A stretch of DNA of 64,000 nucleotides, from contig JAAOMT010000183.1 in NCBI GenBank assembly GCA_016748015.1, positions 180,052 to 244,051 on the forward strand, in the 5' to 3' direction. Below are positions 38,027 through 53,500 of the stretch, in pieces (position 1 is the first letter of the stretch; the number at the start of each line of letters is the position of its first letter). The notes beneath the pieces were generated by a model. The model was given only the letters and a program-made list of their open reading frames with translations, was not told the origin of the DNA and searched no databases. A program made the position numbers and the translations under genes. The DNA comes from Geosiphon pyriformis uo1. Its lineage: Eukaryota; Fungi; Glomeromycota.

Positions 38027-39093
38027 GATGAAAATGAATTATTATTATTTGATTCTTTTAAAAAGATATGAGGAAATGGTTTATTTTTTTATGAGGTTAA
38101 AAGGGTTAAATTTTGCAAGCAAAACTTTTTTTCTTTGATAGTAGTAAGAGTAATAGTAAGAAAATGATGGTTTGTTTTTGAAAATAAATAACAATTATAC
38201 CCGTCCTGGGGTTTTGTGAATTTGTTATCAAAACAAGAGTAGGAAGAGAAGAGAGATGAAAAATTCACACATACACGTACGTAAGTACGAATGAAATTTA
38301 ACAAGGAAAAGAAAGAACTAGTCTACTTTACAAAAGTATCCAAGTTCGTGTTATTTTTTTGCTTGACTGTTGCCTGATTCATTGGGTATTTATATATATT
38401 TTTTGTTTCCTATCAAGAACCTTTCTTGTACCTAGAAATGGAAGAAAACATGAACCAAAAAATTTTTTTGTGTATTATTGTAATCTTTTTATTTTGAGTC
38501 TAGTATTGGTGGTAATGTAAATATTTTTTGAAATAAAGTAAATCAAATTTTTATTTATTTATTTATTTACTCCTCCCCCCCTAATTTGAGCAACGTGTAA
38601 GCATTTTTTGATTGATCAAAATTAAGTCATAAAAAGAACAGGTTATCCCTATAGAATGTAACAAGCTATTTTTTGTAATTGGTAAAAAAGGCCGATTGCG
38701 TTTGTTAATTGACAAAAAGGAGTGCTTTTAAGATGAAACATTGTGAAACCGTGGTAACAGTTTATCTTTTGTCGTTGAGTTGATGGGCGAATAATTCACA
38801 ATAAGCGTTTACATGATTTCATAATAAGAAATTAATTCTTGACAATTTTAGCAGTCACAAGTGCGCAGAAATGAAACGGTTTATAGGCTAACAAGTGGGG
38901 ATTTGTGACTGACAAATAATCAAAGAATTGATTTTGGTTTAAATTGAAATATATTATTTTTTTTTAGTGATTATTTTAAAAAAAAAGTCCCGAATAAATA
39001 TATATGGAATTCATATGATCATAGCCGAGCGAGGAGGGGGGTTAATATATGCAGTTAAGAAATTTTGATGATTCGGGTATTATTAAATGTTGG

Positions 39094-39130
<37 letters not shown>

Positions 39131-39411
39131 GGTAAGCTAGAATGATTATGCTAGGTTTGCGGGTGGTTAAAACCGTTAGAAAATGACAATTAAGAATGTG
39201 ACCTCCTAAATTTGCCAAAGAATATAAAATTTCTATATTATTCTTTGGATATTTTGGATAATTTTTTTTTTGTTTGACATTCAAGTCTTATTGTCCCGAT
39301 TGGATAATAAAAATAATCAGAAACCAATATATATATATATAAAGAAAATTGAGAAAGAGTAAGGAGTTTAATAAAAAGTAGGATAAACTTGTAAATCTAA
39401 ATAGTATCATG

Positions 39412-39412
<1 letters not shown>

Positions 39413-39446
<34 letters not shown>

Positions 39447-39509
39447 ATAGTAATAGTAGTAATAGTAATAATAGTAGTAATAATAGTAGTATTAGTAATA
39501 GTAGCAGTG

Positions 39510-39607
<98 letters not shown>

Positions 39608-39623
39608 TAGTAGTAGTAGTAGT

Positions 39624-39657
<34 letters not shown>

Positions 39658-39673
39658 TAGTAGTAGTAGTAGT

Positions 39674-39771
<98 letters not shown>

Positions 39772-39782
39772 ATAGTAATAGT
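39413..39782. repeat. long (TAG)n microsatellite, about 370 bp
   Basis: Seen directly, with TAA variants at the ends and four single-T insertions. Confidence 0.98.
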
Positions 39783-40995
39783 TGAAACACTCTTCTTCAA
39801 TTCAAGGAAACAAAGAAATGAAATTTTTACATTTTGTTTAACATCAGACTCTAATGGCTAATATGTATCAAAATTTGTGTTCGCATGATGCTTACAAGCT
39901 TGTTTGAGAAAATGTTGCATCGTATCACAAATATCGTGTGTAAAAGAAAAGGATTACATGACAAAACTTTTTTTGTATTCATTTTTTTGATAGTGGAGCC
40001 AAAAAATCAAGCACCTATCATTTACTCGAGATCGAAGCAAAAGAAATTTTGTTACTCATTTGTCAAAATCTAGTACTTTTTAGTCGAGGAGATAAAGTAT
40101 GTGATTTTATTGAAAGAATATGTTTGGTGACTTTTTTTAAATTTTTTATTTTAGTACAAAAAATTGTGTGTTATGATAATTTGATTGAATATTTTAGATA
40201 AAAAAGATTATTATTTTTTTTGTCTTCTTTTAATTAAGAGTGTAAAACAGGTAAATTTTTTTGTGTTCAAGTAGAGAAAAAAGATTTCCTGAAAAAGATT
40301 TTATTTTATTTTGCAATCTCTGAAAATTTAAAAAGAAAAGTATTAAATTTAAACGGGAGGGAGAGAGCGAAGGAGGGGGGGGGGCATAAAGATGTTCATT
40401 TTCAATCTGGACCCTTTTTTTCATAGAAAATTTTAAATCAGAATAAAAAATATTCCAAATATTGCGCGATCAATAATTTTATTTTAAAACATTCATGTGT
40501 ATATCTTATATTACTTAATTTAAGTGACTAATCATTGATATTTTCGCATGATAATATAAATGCGTTTCACTAGAATTATGTGATCATTAATATATCATGT
40601 TGTTGTTGATGCATTTAACAAAAAAATATTTTCAATTTTTTTTATCATTTTTTTTTTTTTTTACCACGTTTTTTTGAACTTGATAGCCAAAATAATTCAA
40701 CAAAATCCAAATTCAAAATCGATGATGAACAATGAGAAAAACTACAATATTGATGGGTAGCTGGTTCATTAAAATCCACAAAAGATAAATCATAATAAAT
40801 ATATACGCGCGCGATCACTGAAAAATGAATTTTTAATATGATTCCTATCATCGTAAAATAGTAAATCAAAAGATTCTTTTTTTTTAAAAAAAAATTTTTA
40901 AATCGGGAATTGTGAATAATGTAAATAATGTAAATAATGTAAATAAACGTCATTGTAAAATTTGAAGTTTTTTGATCAATAATAATACTTATAAA

Positions 40996-41095
40996 TATTA
41001 TTATTAGTATTATTATTATTAGTATTATTATTAGTATTATTATTATAAGTATTATTAGTATTATTATTATTAGTATTATTATTATAAGTATTATT

Positions 41096-41137
<42 letters not shown>
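40996..41137. repeat. (ATT)n/(AGTATT) compound microsatellite
   Basis: Seen directly. Confidence 0.95.
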
Positions 41138-42317
41138 TCATTTTGAATCTCATATAAGATAATTTCAAGAAAAAAAAAACTGATTAGGAAAAATAAATTT
41201 TCAAAGCCTTCAAATGTGTTTTAATGTTTCACATAACTGTCTTTCGAGTGATGATTAATGAAAAAGTTTTCGCTAAATAATAAAAATTTGAAATATGAGT
41301 GTCATATAACAACTTTTAATAATATGAAAAAAAAATTTTCAAATTACATAAATGTTTCATGAAAAACTATTTTTATTCTATTGAATTGAAAAAAATTGCA
41401 AAAGAAGCCTTGAAACAATTTGTGATAGATCATTATTTGTTTATTAATTGAAAATCTAGTATTTTTAAATAAAAGTAGTTTAAAAACTGGAATTCTTGAA
41501 ACCACATATTTTTTCAGTGACTGTTTTTTTTTTTTTTTTGAATACATATTTTTTTTTCTTGTTTAAAATATGTAATATATTGATTTAATTAAAAATGAAA
41601 ATTTTTTTATGGTTTAAACAAGGACTAAAACATTAACTATTGATTAAACAACTAGTAATACTTTTGAAACTAAAATCTTTTAAAAATTTTTGATTCAAAA
41701 AATGAATTAAACTTTTTTTTTCAATTATAAAGATTTAAAATTACAAATAACTTTTTATTCTGAAAAAAAAAAAAAAAACTTTGAATCATTTTTTCCGTTA
41801 TTTAATTTTTATTATTTTATCAAAAATTATAACAATTAGTTAAAATGACTTTTTTTAATATCAAATAAAATTTGAAATGGTTAAAAGAATAAATATTACC
41901 TTTTTGAAAAAATATGAATATATATATTATATAAACCTTTTATTTAATTGTAATAATCTCATTAAAAAATTTACAAATAAACGGAATTTATTACCCAAGG
42001 GCTTGATAAAGCAATGAACTTGTTTATTCATCGTTTATAAAATATATATATTTATAAATCTTGGATATTTTTTACGGATACATAAAACTCTTGTTTATTC
42101 TCTTTAATAAAGAGAGTATCAAATAACTTTTAAATATCGATGATAAAAAACTTTTGTTTTTTACCATTGAAACTCTATTTGTAGTTTTTTTTGTTCTAAT
42201 ACTAAATAATATTATAAGGTTTTGAATAGTCTTAAAATTCTGTTTCCATAAAGAATTTAAAGGAATCTCTGAAAGCAAACTATATTTTGGTATTTTGTTT
42301 AAAATATCATTAATCTT

Positions 42318-42378
42318 TTGTTTGTTTGTTTGTTTATTTGTTTATTTGTTCGTTTGTTCGTTTGTTCGGTTGTTTATT
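42318..42378. repeat. (TTTG)n-type microsatellite
   Basis: Seen directly. Confidence 0.85.
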
Positions 42379-42629
42379 TCTTTTTGGTTCGATAATTTAT
42401 TTTTATCATGATTAGAGAGTAAACCCGTGGTGATCAAAGTTACAATTATTCCTTTGCATATTAATAAAAAAAAACTCCCGAATGTGAAAAACTTTAGCAA
42501 GTATGATTAGATCAAAAGGCATGAAAAATATAAACTTTTTAAAATAACTCTCTATTTTAGGAGTTGAAAATGATAAAATTGCACTTTCACATGGTTCGGA
42601 TAACTTCAATAAAATTTAGATAAACATTT

Positions 42630-42718
42630 CCCATTTCCATTTCCATTTCATCTTCATCTTCATCTTCATCTTCATCTTCATCTTCATCTTCATCTTCATC
42701 TTCATCTTCATCTTCATT
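42630..42718. repeat. (TCATCT)n hexanucleotide repeat preceded by (TTCCAT)n
   Basis: Seen directly. Confidence 0.95.
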
Positions 42719-43830
42719 TCTGACCAACCTGTTCCCCATTCAACAAAGCCAAGAAAAAAATATTAAAAAGTGCCATTTACTCCTTATCTATACATGATTT
42801 GTACCTCCAGAAATTCTGATTCATGTATGTTTCTTTTGACCACTCTAACTTCTTTTTCCAAAAATCTCTTATGAGCATTTGAAAAAACAAAAACAAAATT
42901 AAATATATTTTTGGTTTGTTGCCAATATAGCCAAAGTTTCATAAAAGTCAAAAAATTTTAATTCACTTAGATTTAATTAATTTTTTAGTATTTGTAATAA
43001 AAGAGTGAACTGAATATGTAATTATTCCTAATATTACAAGTGTATATAAAAATATAAAAGATAAATTTCATAATAATCATGTCAGTTTTTTTTTGGAGAT
43101 CATAATAATGTGATGTGATTAAAAGAGAATTACGCAAGACTGACAATCATCTAATGGATAAAGGAAACGATTATGATTAAAATATGTCATTAACATGTTA
43201 TTATTTATTTAGAGGTATTTAACTTTGAACATTTTGAACGAATCAAAGGAAATTCGGATCTTAAATACATGTAACTAAATTTGTGTTCCTATCATTCCCT
43301 CGTGCAAGTAAAATAAGGTTTATCATTTTAATCAATGGAATCATATAAAATTTCTACTAAACTTTATTCTCTAATGTGAGAAATATGATAGAGATGTGTT
43401 AATAAAAATTCAGGACGGGGGTTTGAATTTGTTGTCATGGGAAACTTTTGAAATTTGACAAATTTAAAGGCCAAAGAAAAATTATATCTTTAGTACACAT
43501 AAAGTTTATTTCTTCAAATAAAGTTGAATAAATTTGATAAATTTATTATTGAAAAATTAAATATTAATTGGATATATTTTATTGCATTTTTCATAAAATT
43601 GTAACGGATTTCCAAATTTATAATGAAAATTTATCAAAAAAATATTCATCAAATCTTTGAAACTCCACGCAAATGACTAAAGGATTAGGTTTAAAAATTA
43701 ATAAAAAATTAGACCATTATATTTGATGAGTATCAAATATTTTTCATAATTTAAGTATCTCCCCAAATTGAGATTGAAAAAAAAAAGTTTTGATCATTGT
43801 CAGCAAAATCTATCGTCATAGATTTGTCGC

Positions 43831-43883
<53 letters not shown>

Positions 43884-44074
43884 NNNNNNNNNNNNNNNNN
43901 NNNNNNNNNNNNNNNNNNNNNNNNNNNNNNNNNNNNNNNNNNNNNNNNNNNNNNNNNNNNNNNNNNNNNNNNNNNNNNNNNNNNNNNNNNNNNNNNNNNN
44001 NNNNNNNNNNNNNNNNNNNNNNNNNNNNNNNNNNNNNNNNNNNNNNNNNNNNNNNNNNNNNNNNNNNNNNNNNN

Positions 44075-44527
44075 NGTGCTCTGAATGGATTTCACGATCA
44101 CGGTAAGTCAAAATAAGGGCAAATTTTATTTCTTTTTTGGAAATATGATAATCATTTCTATCATATTTCAGGGAGCGGCCCCGTTTTTCGTGCTTTCATT
44201 GGAGATGTTCCACGTGATATAGATCGCGGTCGTTTGATCCAGTGTCTCGAGATCACTTTTGGTCCTGTGGTGGATATTCAATTTATTCCAAGCAAAGTTA
44301 ATTTCACTTTTCCATCATAAATTGTTATTTCCTACATTACGTTTCACAAAATTTATCAAATTTACTCCTAAAAAAAATAGAGCTGTGCTTTCGTCCATTT
44401 CGCCACCCAAAGTGGTTATGAAAATGCTATTCGTGAAGGTTTCGTCTATATCAAGGGCAGAATCTTGTGTATCCAAAAAATCAAGAAACCTTTGGAGTGT
44501 TGTAATTGCACTATGGGCACCGCCTGA
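44075..44527 (+). CDS. RRM-domain RNA-binding protein, 3' part (5' end in assembly gap)
   Basis: Introns 44103-44171 and 44297-44380 join ALNGFHDHGSGPVFRAFIGDVPRDIDRGRLIQCLEITFGPVVDIQFIPSKSCAFVHFATQSGYENAIREGFVYIKGRILCIQKIKKPLECCNCTMGTA*. RNP2 is AFIGDV and RNP1 is KSCAFVHF. Confidence 0.8.
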
Positions 44528-45271
44528 GGAACTGACGGTGAATGAGATTCTCTCCCGATATGATTGGGTTATTCTGTATATTAAGACATACCAAACCAAA
44601 GTAATACTTTCCAACGCCCCTTTCCTTTTATAAATATATTTTCAATTCATTTTCGTTGGTATTTTGACTAGAAACTAAACTCTGTGTTTCTTTAATATGC
44701 AATGTAAAGGTTCTTTGGAACATCATCGTGCAATAAAATATCGCAATAATAAGTCTGTCACCTAGTTTATTGAGAATTTCTGATGAGGTGAAAAGTATGA
44801 TTTGATGTAATATTGGTTTAGTGCAGGTGTACGAACTTTCAAAAGCTAAAATTTTTGTCGAATTTATGCCGTCTCTAGATAGATAATTTTCCAAAGCAAT
44901 TAAGCTTCAAAAGGGTGATCGATAGAAATAAATACCATATCATCTTTTTAAAGACTTGCTCTTAGGTATGCAGGAAATGCTTGAATACTTTTATTCCATT
45001 TTTCACTGATATAGAAAGTGGCATTGATGAACTTTTAAAACAAAATTTTTGTTGAGAAACAGCTTAAAATATATTCAAGTGAATCATTAACGCTTTAATC
45101 GATCACTTTTGTCCAGCGATATAAAATTCCATCGCAATCATGCTTTACTTGAGCACGTAATAAGTAGATTTTCGAAAAGAAAATTGATACTTACCAAAAA
45201 CTTCCAAAATTTGCCAAAATAAAATGTTTCCGCAATGAAATGTCTTTTCAGAATCGATAGTATTTCCAATA

Positions 45272-46036
<765 letters not shown>

Positions 46037-47522
46037 TTTCTCAAGAATTTTAATTATTTTAGTAAAAGAATCAGTTGAACAAGAGGATAAATATATTTCC
46101 AATCATTGTTCTTTTCCTGCTTATCTCTATTGTTTTTTAATATATAATTGCTAGATTTCCAAAAAAAAAAAAACTTTCATCAGATGGTCTTATGTGTTTC
46201 TTTTAGTTACGTGTGTAAGCATACTGAGAAGCATCATTGATGAATCATGGCATAAGTGTGGGATTGTTTTTTTTTTCAACATGTCTCCTTGATAAAATAA
46301 TTGAAGCTCCTCAACTTGAGATAGATTTGAAAAATTCGGATTAAATATCACACAAACTATGCAGTAAAATCCGAATCATATGTTCATTATTTTTTTTTAA
46401 AAAAACTGAAATAGGAAGTTTGAAGGAAAATAACTCTTCTATACAATGAAACCGGCGAATTTGATATCAAACTATCAAGTAACACAAAATTTTAATGCGT
46501 TATAAGAAATTTTGATATCAATATAAATTTTGGCAAAAATGTGATTTAAGAATTGAAATATCGACAATGATATAGCGAGGTGTAGAAACTTTAAAAATAT
46601 TTTTAGATGATTAAAAGGAAAATCATTATTTAAAACAAAAAAAACAAAAAACATTTTTATGATTTCAACAAATTGTAATAATAAAAATTTAAATAATAAT
46701 AATAATAATAATAAATTTTTTATTTTTTAAATATATTGGTAAATATGTGATTGAAAAATATTCAATAATCTTTGGTTTTTAATTGATGATTAAATAAATA
46801 AATAACAATATTACTGTACCGTAATGAATTTTGTTTTTTTTGTTTTTTTCATTTAACATATTTAATTCTGGAAAGAAAATAATATTTTAATGGTTTTTAA
46901 AATTTTTTGATGAGTCTTTAAATTTATAATTATTGTAAAAAAAATTTTTTTTATCAAAATCTAAATTTTAAATAGTTTTAAATACTGTGAAAATTGATTT
47001 TTCTGAAAGCATAGAATGTCTTAATAAATTTTTTTTTCAATTCCATATTTTTTTCATCAGATTGCGTTAGAATTGAATGCTGCGAGTGATAATAGCTAAA
47101 GTTACAGATTCGTCATCTTATATTCTGCGAACTAAGAACTTTACCCAAAATAAAATCGTTTTATTTGGAAAATTTTCAACCATCAGCTTTCACAAGTTTT
47201 TAAGTCTTATTTCTCCAAAGTGACATCTTTTATTTAGCTATATGTAAAATTATTTATATAGCTAGGAGCTTAGTATTTGAAAATTCTTATAAAAATTTAT
47301 ATATTAAAAAAGAGTTGAAAGGAAAGGGATTTATAAGGCTTTAATAACTTAAATCTTAAAAGGAAAACTTTAGAAATGAAAGGGTTGATTTAAAACTTAT
47401 TTATTTGGATTCATATGATTTTTAAATATGTATGAAAGGTTTTTAGTCAAGTGGAATGGTGATCTTGCTTATGTGAATATGCTAATCTTGGATTCATGAC
47501 TTAATTCTTTAAAAATTTTTGC

Positions 47523-50500
47523 TCAACTGTCGCCGAGCCATCGAAGTAACATATCCTTTAGTTGTGGGATTTTTAATGGTTTCGTGAGGTAATCATTCAT
47601 CCCATTTTTCAGACATTTATCTCGAGTGCCTTCTATCGCGGAAGCGGTTAATGCAATAATGGGAATTTCCGATTGAGGTGGCGCCATAGCACGAATAGCT
47701 TTGGACGCTGCATATCCTGACATTATTGGCTGCAAGAGAAAAAAAGTAGTATAATTTATTACAAATTTTACAATCGTGTTAGATTATTCAAGCAGGACAA
47801 AAGAGAAAATTACCATTGCACAATCCATTAATATCAAAGATACTCTATTTTGTTGATTCAAGACCTCGGCAGAATCAATGGAAGCGCCCAGTTCCCTTTG
47901 CAAAATATTCACCGCTTCTTGACCATTGGTGGCACATATTGATTGGTAACCCAGCGCTTTAAGCTGATGTTGAAGAACCTAAATAACAAGTTAAATGTAA
48001 TTATAGCCTATATACGCATTTCAATATAGCAAAAAACTAAGGAAACTGACCTTCAAATTAATAGGATTATCCTCCTGACAGCCAGAATTCATTTCAAAAA
48101 TTATGAGTTTCAATAGTTTCACTCACAGAAATCCAAATATAAAAACTCACATACCACGCATAAAATACACTTTGATTTTGAGACAACTCTAGTTCGAGAT
48201 TTATTAGATGGTTCTGAATGTGTTGGATTTTTGATTTCACTGGAAGCTGATCTCTTCCTCGGGGGCCTTGGGATAATTGACTTCAATCTTGTCTTTGGTA
48301 TCTTTTCGAAGGGTAAATGGGCTAATGATACATCTGTAGTCTCCTGCATTTTTTCAACTTCTTTAACTCGAAATTGGCCAAGTGACAATTCGGCTTGAGG
48401 ATTGGTTTCATCCATTTTAGCTGAGTTGAGCATGTCCATATTTTGCAAACTATCTAATAGTCGTCGCTGCATGATAGGTTTACAGTATGTCGCCGTATGA
48501 CCACCAATTTTTCTTGTTAATTCTTTGCCCAAAGCATAGCCTTCCAAGGATCGAAATACGAATAATCCAATAGCTAATCTGTCTTTTCCACAAATGGATT
48601 GAAATTCTTTTGCTGTCGTTAATACTTGGTCAGCATTTTTTTCATCAACATTAAAGAAAACTACATCACATGGTGAGCAGTGATATTGATCACGCAAAGC
48701 TTTTGTGGCTATTACTGCCTTGGAGCCATCTTCAAATGCTTCAACTTTTTGAACGCTAGAACTAAGCATTGTTACCATAGCAGATCGAGAGGCTTCAACC
48801 GAATCAACAATGAAAATTTTCTTTGATTTTACTATGGGTGGTATAANNNNNNNNNNNNNNNNNNNNNNNNNNNNNNNNNNNNNNNNNNNNNNNNNNNNNN
48901 NNNNNNNNNNNNNNNNNNNNNNNNNNNNNNNNNNNNNNNNNNNNNNNNNNNNNNNNNNNNNNNNNNNNNNNNNNNNNNNNNNNNNNNNNNNNNNNNNNNN
49001 NNNNNNNNNNNNNNNNNNNNNNNNNNNNNNNNNNNNNNNNNNNNNNNNNNNNNNNNNNNNNNNNNNNNNNNNNNNNNNNNNNNNNNNNNNNNNNNNNNNN
49101 NNNNNNNNNNNNNNNNNNNNNNNNNNNNNNNNNNNNNNNNNNNNNNNNNNNNNNNNNNNNNNNNNNNNNNNNNNNNNNNNNNNNNNNNNNNNNNNNNNNN
49201 NNNNNNNNNNNNNNNNNNNNNNNNNNNNNNNNNNNNNNNNNNNNNNNNNNNNNNNNNNNNNNNNNNNNNNNNNNNNNNNNNNNNNNNNNNNNNNNNNNNN
49301 NNNNNNNNNNNNNNNNNNNNNNNNNNNNNNNNNNNNNNNNNNNNNNNNNNNNNNNNNNNNNNNNNNNNNNNNNNNNNNNNNNNNNNNNNNNNNNNNNNNN
49401 NNNNNNNNNNNNNNNNNNNNNNNNNNNNNNNNNNNNNNNNNNNNNNNNGATTTCATTTTGAATAATATGCCATAACTTTAAAGCAAAATTTATTACCTTT
49501 CAGGATCAGACTTCACATATTTCGGTAATTCATTCGACCTTTCACAGAGTAACACTAATTCAATGTGTTTGGCGCCAGCACTTTCCCCAAAAATTTCAAC
49601 GGTTTTTTCGACAAGGTCAAATAAATCGAAGGTTCGATTGTTGAGGGTAATCTTATGAGCTTCAAGTTTCGCCGCGTCCAGAATATCATTTACGATGGCA
49701 AGAACTACATCAGAAGCATGAGCCATTATTTGGACCATATCTTTTTGATCGGCAGTGAAAAGGGTGTCCTCGAAAGCAGACAAAATACCAATTATAGCTC
49801 CCAAAGGCGTGCGCAATTCTAAAATAGTTTACTTTTGAGTTTAGTTTATTCAACAAAATATGTAGACAATCTAACATACCATGCGAGGTGTTGGCTAAAA
49901 TTTGACTTTTAGCCTTATTTGCGGCCTCAGCTGCTTCCATTTGTGCTTCACTTTTGATTTTTTCCTCCAAAAGTCTGGAATGAGTTATAGCTAAACTTAT
50001 TTGATTGGAAATCTGTTGCAAAAACGTTTTCTCGGAAGAAGACCAAGTCTCTTTGGGCTTTCGATGAGCGAAAATCCAGCCGCAGGAACCGGAATCCAGG
50101 TGAATAGAAACTGACATTGAAGAGACAGCTTGATTAAGTATTCTGGAAAAATGGTTTGTGTGGCTTTTGACTTCAAAATCAAAAAAACTGTTTTCAGTGT
50201 CAGATTTGCTTTTGATGGGAGCAGATGGGTCAGGTGGAGCTTCTGTGAAAGATGCCAAAAATGAAGAAAGTAGATGTGTAGTCGAATCGATTTCTGGCAA
50301 CCCATCCAATTGACCGCCCAATATATCTTGACTGTTATCAACTGCTTTGCAAGAAACCTGTGTACCCACTAAAGCTTTTATATCTGGGTCATTGGCCGAA
50401 ACAGCCATAATTTTTGCCGAGCCTTTATTCATTGGATCATTGAAGAGGACAAATATTGAATCACAACTAAGAATTCGAAAAACCTGCTCAACTGCGGTTG

Positions 50501-53500
50501 ATAATAATTCTTGAATACTTAATTCGGAACGAATTTTATTGCTAATAGAGAATAATAGCTGTTGCGTTTCGCTTTCGCCACGTTGTTGATCCAAAATTTC
50601 ATGATATAAATTTGAAATATTGATGTTCGCTCGTACACGAGCAATTAATTCACGAGAATTAAAAGGCTTAATCAGATAATCATCAGCACCTTTTCTTAAC
50701 CCTTAAACATTGACACGAGAATGATTAACTATAGAAGAAAATATTTTATAGGTATTTAAGGTACTCAACGTTCTGGTTTTATTACGTACCTTCCAAGCTC
50801 GCCTCTTCGCCTGCTCTTGCGGATAAGAGAATAAAAGGAATGCTTTGAGTAGATGGGTCAGAGCGTAAAATTTTTAATAGTTCAATGCCATTCATGTTGG
50901 GCATCATGACATCTGTTTTACCAAATTAAAGCAATATAAATAATCTAAATAATGTGTAAAAATCAAAAAAAAATTGATTGCCAAATTTACCGCTTAGCAC
51001 AAGATTCGGCTTGAATTCAACATTATTTATGATCCTTAGCGCATGAAGGCCATCGCAAGCACAAAAAATCTCAAACTCAGGTTTCAGAATATTAATGAGA
51101 TAGTCTCTGATGTTAAAAATTAGATTGATTATCTGAAAGCCGTTCTAGGAAGAACCAAGACCATGCTTCAATTCTTACCTCATATCAGCATTATCTTCGA
51201 CTATAAGAACTTTGAAACGTCCTTTTGGATCCTTTGATCCTTTTTCTTTATCCAAAGATGACCTTTTTTTCGAATCTAATCTTGGGGAGGCGATAGACAA
51301 AGTCTGTAAATGCCCTAATGTTGTAGGATTTTCGTCATCTTCGAATTTTGTGTGAAAATCATTGGAGTCATTTTTGCTCTTTATCCATTCTCTGCTTTCA
51401 TCTAAATATAAATCAATATTTTTTGATGATCGATTATCCCATGAGCTTAAACCGCTGATAATATTCTTTTTAGGCAAATGATCGGTTCCAGTTGGGATCC
51501 AAATTTGGAATGTAGATCCAACACCGACTTGTGAAGTCACCTTTATATCTCCTCCGTGACGGTTTACTAATTCTTTAACAAGAGCAAGTCCAATCCCAGT
51601 GCCTTCATGACTGCGGGCTTGTTTTGATTGAACTCGATAAAAACGCTGGAAAATATTAGGAAGTTCCTCTTTTGGGATTCCAACACCTTAGGAGTGAGAA
51701 ATTGTAGAATTCGTCAGGATGGAAAGAAGTCCCTCAAAAAGATCGTCAAATGATATTAGAAGATAAACCTGTATCAGAAACTTCTATAAAAACTACTTCC
51801 CGAGATTCTCTTTTTCCAGGGGAAAGCCGTATAGTTACCGCTCCATCCCATGTGTGTTTGAAAGCGTTCAAGCCTTTATTATGTAAATTGGATAAAGAGT
51901 GAGTAAGATTATTAGAAATATGTTAGCTGTCCAAATTTATAATAAAAATTAAATATTACATAAATTAAATATGATCTTTTCATATAGGTCTAAATCAAGA
52001 TAGACTTCGCACTCTAATTGACTTTCTAAAACTTCATCGACTGGGATGTCGATTATAAGAGTTAAGCCAAAAGATCGAGCCATGCTCTGAAAGTTTAAGA
52101 CCAATTCCCTAGTGAGCCCGGCGATTTTTGTTTCACAATAATATGCTTTCACATGACCTGCTTCAATTCGCGAGAACTAGAAAATTTAACAAAGCGTGAT
52201 AGTTGTTCGTTATGGATACTTATCAAAAACATGCGAGAAATATTTTGGACTTCGAACCAACCTCTAAAAGCGTGTTTACCAATTTGAGTAACCGTCGGGC
52301 ATTGCGTTGAATCATTTCTAAATTGAAAAGAATTGAAGAATCGGGTTCGCATGTGGCAATGGCATCTTCAAGTGGAGCTAACATCAACGTAAGCGGGGCT
52401 AATAATGGAAAAGGCAAACTATCTTACAATTAGAAGAATAAAATATATATATATGAAATGATAAATTTTACTTTTCAATTCATGACTAATGTTTTGAAAG
52501 AACCTAATCTTTTGAAGATTAAGATCGGCTAAAATTTTTGCTTTCTTTCTTTCTTCTTCACGTGAAAGACCATTTTTCAAACTAGAGCTGAAATGACCAA
52601 CTACTAGCTGATGAAATAATAATGAAAATAGCATTAGAGTGCATAATGCTCCCTGGAAGTTGAAAATTTCTTAAGCACCGACCTTGAAAAATTCTAAATA
52701 TTCTTTGTCAAGAGCGCGATGGCTATTAATGCCACATATTAGAATGGCAGTCAAGATACCTTTCCCAGCAAAGGATGTTGATACAGGAAGAAGGATTGCT
52801 CGAGATTCATTAGCGAGTTCAACGACAACATGTTTATTAGTTTTGATGACTTCTTCAAGAGGCCACGTAGTGAGATTGGACGAGGAAGAAAGACTTGGTG
52901 AAAATGTATTATCTTTGTCTGTTGATATTTCTTCAGAATCAGGCGAGTTAAGTAAATAATCCGGGAGAATTCTTTTAGATAGTCCTGTTACGAATGTCAC
53001 TTCCTCGACTCCATCTTTACCAGTTTGGGCGAGTAGATTTTCATCGAAGGTCGTTGCGGCTAAACGAGCTACATAACCTTGACATTTTTTATCAGTTTGC
53101 TTGTTCTCCTCGACAAGGTAAATCAAGGCATAGGGGATATCAGCAACATGATCCCGAAGAATTTTTGTGACTAAATGACAGGAGCTTTCAACAGATTTCG
53201 CACCTTTTGGTTGAGAATTATATTTTGATTATTTACCAAATTTGGCTAAGCCAAAATATTGCAATTTTACATTCTCATACCATGGGTTCCTTTTCCTAAT
53301 TCGCCTAGCGTTTTAAGACGACGAGCAGATATCACCCTTTCTGTTGTTTCATGAACTGCAGCGAAGATCCCAATAACTGTTTTATCTTCAGCAAATATTG
53401 GACTAAAAGCGAAGGACATATAGGACTCTTCATTATAACCGGCTCGCGAGATATAAAGCAAGAGATCTTCGTGATATTGCCCTTTACCGGTCAATGTTAC

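Noticed and set aside
38100-43800. Centromere suggested by an AT-rich gene desert next to the CENP-A gene
   Set aside because: The location of the CENP-A gene says nothing about centromere position, and the region is short and flanked by ordinary genes.
43832-44074. Poly-C tract giving poly-Pro and poly-Gly ORFs
   Set aside because: It is a homopolymer running into an N gap, most likely a sequencing or assembly artefact. The ORFs consist mostly of X.
44259-44894. ORFs 44259-44633, 44315-44614 and 44628-44894
   Set aside because: The first two are alternative frames or antisense of the spliced RRM exons. The third has no recognisable features.
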